From: Obrimoposthia wandeli
Taxonomy: Eukaryota
Direction of reading: 5' to 3'
Length of the DNA stretch: 64,000 nucleotides
Assembly: GCA_977020255.1 (NCBI GenBank)
Contig: CDROCS010000122.1
Coordinates: 558,001-622,000 of the forward strand
Positions 1 through 8,121 of the stretch are shown piece after piece. Position numbers and translations under genes: made by a program. The notes under the pieces are model-generated. The model had not been told where the DNA came from, ran no database searches, and saw only the letters and a program-made list of their open reading frames with translations. Position 1 is the first letter of the stretch; each line of letters starts with the position of its first letter.

Positions 1-24
1 TTTTTTTTAAGAATCTTATGCGTA

Positions 25-96
25 TCAGCCCGCACCAACACGAATAATCGTGCCGGTAATAATAATGGTTGTGGTTGCGCTGATAACGTTAAACAT
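25..96 (-). CDS. thrL: thr operon leader peptide (attenuator), 23 aa MFNVISATTTIIITGTIIRVGAG; terminator and thrA expected beyond the left edge
   Basis: Hand-translated, not in ORF track. 5 Thr and 6 Ile codons; ends GGTGCGGGCTGA like E. coli thrL (..GAG*), followed by an A-run at the window edge. Confidence 0.85.
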   Translation of the reverse strand: MFNVISATTTIIITGTIIRVGAG

Positions 97-134
97 AATG
101 TGTTTTGAATTACTCAATTCTCTCAATTACTTTA

Positions 135-163
135 GATTTACCTTACCCCACATCGAGAGTCAA
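135..163 (-). promoter_or_regulatory. candidate sigma70 promoter for thrL
   Basis: Minus strand TTGACT-N17-TAAATC upstream of thrL; weak -10. Confidence 0.3.
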
Positions 164-330
164 CAAGGTTTTAACTTTATCCTTGAAATAGTTTGAAAAC
201 ACGAGCTTGAATACATATTGATGCGTTATACCGAAAAAGTATAAAAAACAGACAGAATTAATTGCAGTTCGTGTCTCTCCGTTGCATAGTTAATCTAATA
301 CAGGAACAATAATGATTCGGAGGGAACCGG

Positions 331-2058
331 ATGACAGCAGCAATGGAACAGCTTGTAGCCCATACTATTTTGCAGGGCTTTGATGCTATGTACGGTCGAT
401 TTCTTGACGTGACAGCAGGTGCTCAAGAGCGATTTGAACAACAAGATTGGTCTTCCGTTCATTTGGCTTTAAAGAAGCGAATTAGTTTTTATGACCATCA
501 TGTAGGATTAGTCACTAGCCAAATCCAAATAATGCTTGGTGAACGCTACGCTAACCGCTCGTTTTTAATGGCGGTTAAATCATCGTATGAAAACTTACTG
601 TTAGATTATCCGCGGTACGAAATTGCAGAGAGTTTTTTCAACTCCGTTTATTGTCGTATTTTTGAGCATCGCAATATCAACCGAGATAAACTCTTCGTTC
701 ATAGCTCTCAAGAAAACCGGATCCCCACTTACCCCACACAGTTAACCCGTATTTATCATGCTCACTCAGGTTTATCGTCTTTATTCGATCGTATTTTAGA
801 CGACACCCCTTTTACTCAAGCATGGGAAGATAAACAACGCGATACCCAGTTAATCATCAATCACCTGAAGCAAGAATTTGGGACCGCATTTAATGATGAC
901 ACCTCGTTAGAGCTCATCCGCGAGCCATTTTATAGAAATAAAGCGGCTTATTTGATCGGAAAAATAACACTACACCATGATGGGCAATACCAAATCATTC
1001 CTTTGGTATTGCCAATACTCAATAACAGTAATAAACAATTATATGTCGATGCCTGCGTCTGCCATGTAAACGATGCGAGTATTATCTTTGGCTTTGCGCG
1101 CTCTTATTTCATGGTATATGCACCTGCGCCAGGTGCACTTGTTCGCTTCTTATCGAACCTTATTCCCAATAAAACAAATGCTGAACTATATACGGCAATA
1201 GGGTGCCAGAAGCACGGTAAAACAGAACTATATCGTGAGTTCTTAACCCATTTAGACAATTCTGATGATCAATTTGTTACCGCCCCGGGCATCAAAGGAA
1301 TGGTCATGTCAGTCTTTACGCTACCGTCTTACGATTTTGTTTTTAAAATAATTAAAGATAAGTTTGCGCCACAAAAAGACATTAGTCATGCCACGGTTAG
1401 AGAGAAATATAAACTTGTAAAAGAACATGATCGTGTTGGCCGTATGGCTGATACTCAGGAATATCGAAATTTTACATTTGAGCGCCATCGCTTTAATGAT
1501 GAGTTATTAGCAGAACTATTGGCTGTTGCTCCCTCGATAATCAAAGTAACGTCAGATCAAATCATTATTAGCCATCTATATATGGAACGTAGAATGATCC
1601 CACTCAATATCTATGTCGAACAAGCTAATGATGATGACCTCCGCTATGCCGTTGATGAGTATGGTAAAGCCATTAAACAACTCGCCGCGGCTAATATTTT
1701 CCCTGGCGATATGCTATTCAAAAACTTTGGGGTAACCCGTCATAAGCGTGTCGTGTTTTATGATTATGATGAAATCAGCTATATGACGGAAATGAATTTC
1801 CGTAAAATTCCAGAGCCTCGAACGCCTGAAGATGAGATGTCTGCTGAACCTTGGTATAGCGTGGGTATTTACGACGTATTCCCAGAAGAGTTCCGTACTT
1901 TTTTACTGATTAACCCCAAAGTGAAAGCCTTATTTGATGAGTTACACAGTGATTTATTTGAGGCTAAATATTGGCAACATTTGCAGAAAAATATAACGCA
2001 TGGTCAATATGAAGATGTCTATCCCTATAAAAGTGCATATCGTCTACGCAAGACATAA
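331..2058 (+). CDS. aceK: isocitrate dehydrogenase kinase/phosphatase
   Basis: 575 aa; [26 protein letters not shown] and VVFYDYDE motifs of AceK. Confidence 0.95.
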   Translation: MTAAMEQLVAHTILQGFDAMYGRFLDVTAGAQERFEQQDWSSVHLALKKRISFYDHHVGLVTSQIQIMLGERYANRSFLMAVKSSYENLLLDYPRYEIAESFFNSVYCRIFEHRNINRDKLFVHSSQENRIPTYPTQLTRIYHAHSGLSSLFDRILDDTPFTQAWEDKQRDTQLIINHLKQEFGTAFNDDTSLELIREPFYRNKAAYLIGKITLHHDGQYQIIPLVLPILNNSNKQLYVDACVCHVNDASIIFGFARSYFMVYAPAPGALVRFLSNLIPNKTNAELYTAIGCQKHGKTELYREFLTHLDNSDDQFVTAPGIKGMVMSVFTLPSYDFVFKIIKDKFAPQKDISHATVREKYKLVKEHDRVGRMADTQEYRNFTFERHRFNDELLAELLAVAPSIIKVTSDQIIISHLYMERRMIPLNIYVEQANDDDLRYAVDEYGKAIKQLAAANIFPGDMLFKNFGVTRHKRVVFYDYDEISYMTEMNFRKIPEPRTPEDEMSAEPWYSVGIYDVFPEEFRTFLLINPKVKALFDELHSDLFEAKYWQHLQKNITHGQYEDVYPYKSAYRLRKT

Positions 2059-2086
2059 AAAATCATGCAAAATGACATAAGCGACA

Positions 2087-2179
2087 ATTGATAATTAGGA
2101 CAGGATCATGTTTTATGCAATCAAAGGCATTTAGATAAAAATGAAATATCAAAACCGATAATTCTGTCCTAATATCAAT
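2087..2179. repeat. intergenic inverted-repeat element, about 93 bp
   Basis: ATTGATAATTAGGACAGGA (2087-2105) vs TTCTGTCCTAATATCAAT (2162-2179), near-perfect complement. Confidence 0.6.
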
Positions 2180-2216
2180 AAACACAATCAAAACTAAGAA
2201 CAGTGGCGGTGGCGCA

Positions 2217-2681
2217 ATGAAAAAATTGTTGATCACATTAGCCCTGCTGGTAGTGGCATTACCAACAACAGCCGCAGAAAAGAACGCATTTCTGGGGTTA
2301 ATTGGTGACGAACATTCATCATCAGGCTGGTTTATGGCATCTCAGTCAAATTCCATAGAGCAGTTTGACCTATGGCAAATTGATAGCGGATATTCATATT
2401 CGTTAAATGGGAATTTACAGCTTTATTTAAGCACTCGCTTATCATCAGGTAATGATACAAAATCAGCGAGCCGAGGCATGCTCTCTGGCGTGGCTTATAA
2501 CCTGAGTCCAAAGGTCAGTTTGCAGAGTGCTGTGACCTCAGAGGTTGTCGAGCGTGGTACTGTTTATGGTGTAGAAATAACAAGCCAATATGATGTTACT
2601 GACAAAGTGAATCTAAGAGCGACCGTTGATTACGAAGCGCTTGAACAGATTTATCAACTGGGTATTGGGTTTCGTTTCTAA
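2217..2681 (+). CDS. small secreted protein, probable outer-membrane beta-barrel of unknown function
   Basis: 154 aa; signal peptide, alternating hydrophobic strands, C-terminal YQLGIGFRF beta-signal. Confidence 0.65.
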   Translation: MKKLLITLALLVVALPTTAAEKNAFLGLIGDEHSSSGWFMASQSNSIEQFDLWQIDSGYSYSLNGNLQLYLSTRLSSGNDTKSASRGMLSGVAYNLSPKVSLQSAVTSEVVERGTVYGVEITSQYDVTDKVNLRATVDYEALEQIYQLGIGFRF

Positions 2682-2778
2682 CTCAATATCAAACCACCTT
2701 TTCAGTAGTAGCTCTTCGATAGACCCCAGTCAATAAGCACCTCTTCGGTAACTCATTATTCCATCATCAATAAAACAA

Positions 2779-3270
2779 TTAAAGCACAGATAAATCTAGT
2801 GACTGTTTACTCAGTAGTATGCCATTAAGATCTGCATACAGATAATCACCGGGATAGATCATGGTATGCGCGACAGTCATTGTGACATTCATATCACCCG
2901 TTTGACGCTTAACGGTTTTGTATGGGCAAGTACCTAACGCTTTTACGCCGAGATCTAAGGTCGCGAGAGTACCGACATCACGAGCTGTGCCATTAATAAC
3001 GATTCCTTGCCAACCATTCTTCACTGCAAGCAATGCAAGCTGATCACCAAGCAATGCGCCGTTATAAGAAGCATGCCCATCAATAAACAGAACTTTTCCC
3101 GTGCCGTCTTGAGAGACAATATCGCGAACTAAACTGTTATCTTCAAAACAACGTAAGGTTACCACCTCACCATAAAATATTTTTTTCCCGCCATAGTCAT
3201 TTAACACCAACGGTAACCATCGAACATCCTGTTCGTAGTGATCACACAAATCGGGTAATAGATCGTTCAT
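2779..3270 (-). CDS. RraA-family protein (RraA-like / HMG aldolase-like)
   Basis: 163 aa; LPDLCD, CFEDNSLV, GKVLFIDG, ALLGDQLA, RDV motifs. Confidence 0.85.
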   Translation of the reverse strand: MNDLLPDLCDHYEQDVRWLPLVLNDYGGKKIFYGEVVTLRCFEDNSLVRDIVSQDGTGKVLFIDGHASYNGALLGDQLALLAVKNGWQGIVINGTARDVGTLATLDLGVKALGTCPYKTVKRQTGDMNVTMTVAHTMIYPGDYLYADLNGILLSKQSLDLSVL

Positions 3271-3344
3271 TTCAAACTCCTTTTATAACTAAATAGCCCT
3301 ATATTCTTATTCTCTTTATGACACTTTAAGATCCCATGTCTCAA

Positions 3345-3758
3345 TTAAGTGTAGAAAAAGGTAGACCATTTACCGAGATTTTGTATTTCAATGCCCTCCA
3401 ATAAAAAAGGGACCAGATAAAGTCTATTATTTTCAATCCAATAGATTGCATTTTGTTCAAAACTTTTCGCCAACTTTAATACTTGTTCAAAGGGTAAATC
3501 AACAGCAAAGCTCGGCTCGGCCCAGTCCCCATCCAAAGAGCGACAACATATTGACATCCATGAATCTGTTAACATAGTGAGATTACTCTCCAGCACGATA
3601 TTTCTCTTCGCGTTATCAGAATGAGTAAGAACAATGCTTCTCGGATTAAAAGCTGTTAGAATTGCAAAGCAATGGTAAACAGGCTGTTGCCTTGTCTCGA
3701 AGGTAATGTTTTGATATTTTTGCCAAAGCGATTTTTTTTCACACTTACGCTGATTCAT
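3345..3758 (-). CDS. DUF3293-like hypothetical protein
   Basis: 137 aa; FAILTAFNPRS, W.EPSF and FEQNAIY motifs. Confidence 0.7.
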   Translation of the reverse strand: MNQRKCEKKSLWQKYQNITFETRQQPVYHCFAILTAFNPRSIVLTHSDNAKRNIVLESNLTMLTDSWMSICCRSLDGDWAEPSFAVDLPFEQVLKLAKSFEQNAIYWIENNRLYLVPFLLEGIEIQNLGKWSTFFYT

Positions 3759-3829
3759 TCATTTTATGACGTTGTCATTTGTAGCGAATGTTAAACACTC
3801 TAAACAAACGTAGTGCACCCTCATTCAAT

Positions 3830-3843
3830 TTGATATAAATCAA
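3830..3843. promoter_or_regulatory. FNR binding site upstream of arcA
   Basis: Perfect TTGAT-ATAA-ATCAA consensus; arcA is FNR-activated in E. coli. Confidence 0.7.
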
Positions 3844-3883
3844 TAAACATCTAAAAAGCAGCATCGAAACAAAGACCCTATAT

Positions 3884-3900
3884 TGTTAGCGAGCTGTTAA
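3884..3900. promoter_or_regulatory. candidate ArcA direct-repeat box
   Basis: TGTTAGCGAGCTGTTAA: two GTTA repeats 11 bp apart. Confidence 0.4.
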
Positions 3901-4140
3901 GTGCTTACAATCATCGCCATCCAAGGGAGATTGTAGCCAGTACCCACAGAGAATCGGGTTTTTCAACACTGTTGCGACACAAAAACGTATTGAATTTATG
4001 GATGGCGTACCAAACAGGCCACTTTTAAAGCGAAATATTATGTATTTTGCCTAATACTTTGCCTGTATGTGAATTTTTTTTATAGAATTTAACTATTCTG
4101 TTTTTGACCAGATTCTGTTTTAGTAAATTAGGTACTGCCA

Positions 4141-4860
4141 ATGCAAACCCCTCACATTCTAATTGTAGAAGACGAGCACGTAACACGTAATACCCTTAAG
4201 AGCATTTTTGAAGCTGAGGGTTATACTGTCTTTGAAGCCAATGACGGCGCAGAGATGCATCAGATGCTTTCTGAGCACCCCGTTCATCTTGTTATCATGG
4301 ATATCAACCTGCCAGGTAAAAATGGCCTATTACTAGCACGTGAACTTCGCGAGCAAGGTGATATGGCTCTTATGTTCCTAACAGGTCGTGACAACGAAGT
4401 TGATAAGATTCTAGGTCTTGAAATTGGTGCAGACGATTACATCACTAAACCATTCAACCCTCGTGAATTAACTATTCGTGCGCGTAACTTACTGACGCGT
4501 GCAATGAACCAAGGCCTACCAACTGAAGATAAGAAATTGGTAGAGCGTTACGAGTTCAATGGTTGGTCTTTAGAAATCAACAGCCGTTCTTTGGTTAGTC
4601 CAAGTGGTGACCAATTTAAGCTTCCTCGTTCTGAATTCCGTGCTTTACTTCACTTCTGTGAAAACCCAGGCAAAATTCAAACGCGTGGCGATCTTTTGAA
4701 AAAGATGACTGGTCGTGAACTTAAGCCTCACGATCGTACGGTTGACGTAACTATTCGTCGTATCCGTAAGCACTTTGAATCTGTTGCTGATACACCTGAA
4801 ATCATTGCAACGATTCATGGTGAAGGCTACCGTTTCTGCGGTGATCTAGACGAAGAATAA
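4141..4860 (+). CDS. arcA: two-component response regulator ArcA
   Basis: 239 aa; [12 protein letters not shown] start, receiver plus winged helix, ends GYRFCGDL. Confidence 0.97.
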   Translation: MQTPHILIVEDEHVTRNTLKSIFEAEGYTVFEANDGAEMHQMLSEHPVHLVIMDINLPGKNGLLLARELREQGDMALMFLTGRDNEVDKILGLEIGADDYITKPFNPRELTIRARNLLTRAMNQGLPTEDKKLVERYEFNGWSLEINSRSLVSPSGDQFKLPRSEFRALLHFCENPGKIQTRGDLLKKMTGRELKPHDRTVDVTIRRIRKHFESVADTPEIIATIHGEGYRFCGDLDEE

Positions 4861-4930
4861 TTCGACTATTTAACTCATTACTCAATGATAAAAACACATC
4901 GTTTTTATCGGGTATTCAGTAAATAGTGAG

Positions 4931-4956
4931 AAAAAGGCTCCCTGGGGAGCCTTTTT
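4931..4956. terminator. bidirectional intrinsic terminator between arcA and the lipoprotein gene
   Basis: AAAAAGGCTCC-CTG-GGGAGCCTTTTT hairpin with A and T tails. Confidence 0.85.
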
Positions 4957-4962
4957 ATTTTG

Positions 4963-5006
4963 TATACCAATCTAGATAACTATCTGTTCATTCTTGCTGG
5001 CTAAAA
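4963..5006. mobile_element. possible single end of a TATACC-terminated MITE/ERIC-like repeat
   Basis: TATACCAATCTAGATAACTATCTGTTCATTCTTGCTGG next to a terminator; resemblance to Vibrionaceae repeats recalled, not verified. Confidence 0.4.
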
Positions 5007-5579
5007 GACTTGATTAACCGTCACGTCACGCTGGGTAATAGTATATTCCTTACCACTCTTTACGAGTGTAACCGCAACATCAACTAAACTTGCAGGCGCC
5101 CAACTCGGCCCATCACGCAGCATAAATTCAACACCACTTTGGTAGCTCTCGCCGTTAACTCCCACACTATTTTGCAAATAGCTTTGCTCCATAATGTTGA
5201 CGTCAAAGTCATTATCGTCGTTAGCCGTTAACAGCCATTGTTGTTCTGCATTTTTTAAGACAATTTGCTTTACTTTAATCCCTTGATATAAAGCGTCACT
5301 TTGAGGAGAGAGTAATTGAATAGATGCGAGCAAACGCCCTTTAGCAGCAGAACTAGCGCCAATCCCTACGCTAACTTCATCTTCGATCATTGGCATACTG
5401 TTTAGCCAAATCTCACTGTATAAAGCAATCGACACATCTTCTATCGTTAACACATCATAAGCCTGCTCTGTCGGTACTGTTACCGCCGTCGTATTTTGCT
5501 GCTGGCTAGTTTGATTAGCACATGCCGCAAGTACAACAGTGGACGCAATAACCCCACCCACTTTCATCCATTTTTTCAT
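5001..5579 (-). CDS. hypothetical lipoprotein, 192 aa
   Basis: Lipobox LAAC (Cys20); start overlaps arcB stop (ATGA). Confidence 0.8.
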   Translation of the reverse strand: MKKWMKVGGVIASTVVLAACANQTSQQQNTTAVTVPTEQAYDVLTIEDVSIALYSEIWLNSMPMIEDEVSVGIGASSAAKGRLLASIQLLSPQSDALYQGIKVKQIVLKNAEQQWLLTANDDNDFDVNIMEQSYLQNSVGVNGESYQSGVEFMLRDGPSWAPASLVDVAVTLVKSGKEYTITQRDVTVNQVF

Positions 5580-7972
5580 TTAGCATTCTCCTGTTCAGCT
5601 ACCCACTCGCGTAATACATTCAGATCATTTACATACCCATTTTTTATCTCATCAATCCAATCATTAATATTTTCCCACCATGCAGGCAGTTCAGGTGATT
5701 GTGCTTTTTGAGCAATTTGCTGGATATGTTTTAAACCGATAGAACCCGCAGCGCCTTTAATCTTATGAGCTTCAAACTTAATACCGTCTTTGTCTTTAGC
5801 TGTCATATTAGAGTCAAGAATTGCGATGTAATCTGGCATCATCTTTTCAAACATCGCGATACTTTCATGTACCGGTTTGGTGCCTACGATTTCCACATAA
5901 GACTCTAGCATTTCTAAATCGAGTAATTGATTAAATATCTCATTGTTTGAATGCTCTACCTGTCGTGCGGATTGAACATCAGAAACAGGTTCAATTGTCT
6001 CTATATCTTCGTCGTCATCAAAATCATCAATCGGACAGGTCAGTACTAATCGCTGAATAACATCAGTAATCGCTTTGACACTCAGAGGCTTACTTAACGC
6101 CTCATCCATACCTTTTTCAATATACTCGTTTTTATCACCTATAACATTAGCGGTTAACGCGACTAATGCAGGTAAATAATCGTACTTTTTACGCAGCGCT
6201 TGAGCGATATCAAACCCCGTCATATCCGGTAATTGAATATCAAGTAATACAAGGTCAAAAGCTTCAGGGTCAAACATAGCCAATGCTTCATCACCACGCA
6301 TCGCAACCGTAACTTCATGCCCTAAGCTTTCCAATAGCGCTTTAGCAACCGTAATGTTCAGCTCAATATCTTCAACCATAAAAATACTTAAGCTAACTTG
6401 AGGTACCACTGGCATGATTTCTTCTTCAACGACTGCCTCAACTAATGGCACTCTAATGGTGACAGAAAAAGTACTGCCTTCGCCGATATCAGAAGTCACC
6501 AAAATATCGCCTCCCATGAGTTGTACCAACTGACGAGAAACGGCAAGACCTATGCCTGTACCTACCGCATGTAAATTGTCACTGCCTTGTTTAACCTGAT
6601 AATACATGGCAAATATTTTATCAACTTCAGACGCTGGAATCCCAATGCCACTATCTTCAACTTCAAAGGTAATTTCTGCCTCATGCTCAAAGATTTCACT
6701 GCTCACCGATAAAATTACACCACCTTCTTTGGTGAACTTGGTCGCATTACCAATCAAATTCCATAATACCTGACGTAAACGCGTGCTATCGACTTCGATG
6801 AAAGCGGGTAGTTCAGTTAATCGTTCCAAGTCAAAACGTAAGCCTTTTTGTTCAGCCATTAAACTTGAAATATTATCCATCTCAGTAACAAACTCATGGA
6901 AATCAAGCGGTTTAGGCATCAACTCTAAACGACGACGATCTGATTTATCCATATCAATGATGTCATTAAATATATTACCTAACGTTATCGCACTCACGTG
7001 AACGGTACGCATATAACCACGCTGTTCATCATTTAACGGCGTTTCAAGTAACATTCGACTCAAACCCACAATACCATTTAGCGGCGTACGTAATTCATGA
7101 CTAATCGTCGAAATGAATGCGGTTTTATCACGACTCGCTTTTTCTTGGGCATCTTGGTATTGCTTACGTTCTGTAATATCACGACCAAATCCCATTAACC
7201 CTAAACGTCGGCCATCACGGTTATAAAATGGGACTTTTCGTAATTCAAAAACGGCCTTCCTACCATCGGGGTATTCCAACCATTGCTCGTAAGTCAGCGA
7301 TACATTCTGCTGGAAAACTTGCTCATCGGTTTCAACAACTTTTATCGCTGCTTCTTCGCTGTATACGTCCCACGGGGTTAATCCGACTAATTTTTTTTCA
7401 GTTTTCCCCGTGAGTTCTGCCATTGCTCGGTTACAACCAGAAAATTCACCCTTTTCATTACGGTAGTAAATAAGATCCGGTGACGCATCCAAGAAGGATT
7501 TTAGTAATGCGCTTTGCTCTGCCAGCTCTAACTGCGCATTTTCACGCTGATAGACTTCATTTTCTAAATCATGCATGGCTATTTCACGGGCTTCTTCGGC
7601 TTTTTCTCGCTCTTCAATCTCTTGATTAAGTTGCGTGATATTCACTTGAAGCTGTGTATTTAACTGCATATCGCGAGAGCGCATTTCTTCTAATTTACTG
7701 ACCAACTTAGATAAACGCTGGCGAGAATCTTCCAACTGATCAACAACAACCGATAAGAAGTAAACGGCCCAAGGTGTGATCAATAGACCAAAGAATACCG
7801 AACGAACAATATCAATATTATGCACTGCACCTTGTAGTGCGAGAGTCACCCCTACTTGAACAACAACAGCTAACGCCACAAGCGCCAAGGCTAATAATAA
7901 GCTGAATCGTACAATGCCTAACTTGACCAACAAGTCGACATAGAACTGAGCCAGGACTTTGATTTGTTTCAT
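5576..7972 (-). CDS. arcB: aerobic respiration control hybrid sensor kinase ArcB
   Basis: 798 aa; 2 TM, leucine zipper, PAS, SHELRTPL, receiver LLDIQLP, HPt AHKIKGAAG. Confidence 0.96.
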   Translation of the reverse strand: MKQIKVLAQFYVDLLVKLGIVRFSLLLALALVALAVVVQVGVTLALQGAVHNIDIVRSVFFGLLITPWAVYFLSVVVDQLEDSRQRLSKLVSKLEEMRSRDMQLNTQLQVNITQLNQEIEEREKAEEAREIAMHDLENEVYQRENAQLELAEQSALLKSFLDASPDLIYYRNEKGEFSGCNRAMAELTGKTEKKLVGLTPWDVYSEEAAIKVVETDEQVFQQNVSLTYEQWLEYPDGRKAVFELRKVPFYNRDGRRLGLMGFGRDITERKQYQDAQEKASRDKTAFISTISHELRTPLNGIVGLSRMLLETPLNDEQRGYMRTVHVSAITLGNIFNDIIDMDKSDRRRLELMPKPLDFHEFVTEMDNISSLMAEQKGLRFDLERLTELPAFIEVDSTRLRQVLWNLIGNATKFTKEGGVILSVSSEIFEHEAEITFEVEDSGIGIPASEVDKIFAMYYQVKQGSDNLHAVGTGIGLAVSRQLVQLMGGDILVTSDIGEGSTFSVTIRVPLVEAVVEEEIMPVVPQVSLSIFMVEDIELNITVAKALLESLGHEVTVAMRGDEALAMFDPEAFDLVLLDIQLPDMTGFDIAQALRKKYDYLPALVALTANVIGDKNEYIEKGMDEALSKPLSVKAITDVIQRLVLTCPIDDFDDDEDIETIEPVSDVQSARQVEHSNNEIFNQLLDLEMLESYVEIVGTKPVHESIAMFEKMMPDYIAILDSNMTAKDKDGIKFEAHKIKGAAGSIGLKHIQQIAQKAQSPELPAWWENINDWIDEIKNGYVNDLNVLREWVAEQENAK

Positions 7973-8077
7973 GATTTAACCTACAACCTAGAAGTGCTTC
8001 ATTTAATAATATCTTGTACGGCGATATAACCAAAGGATAAGCACCACAGTTATGCTCGAATGTTATGTTTAACGCAT

Positions 8078-8100
8078 AAAAAAACCTGCTCTCGCAGGCT
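8078..8100 (-). terminator. intrinsic terminator after the diguanylate cyclase gene
   Basis: Minus strand AGCCTGC-GAGA-GCAGGTTTTTTT. Confidence 0.75.
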
Positions 8101-8121
8101 CATTAGGGCTTACTGACACGA

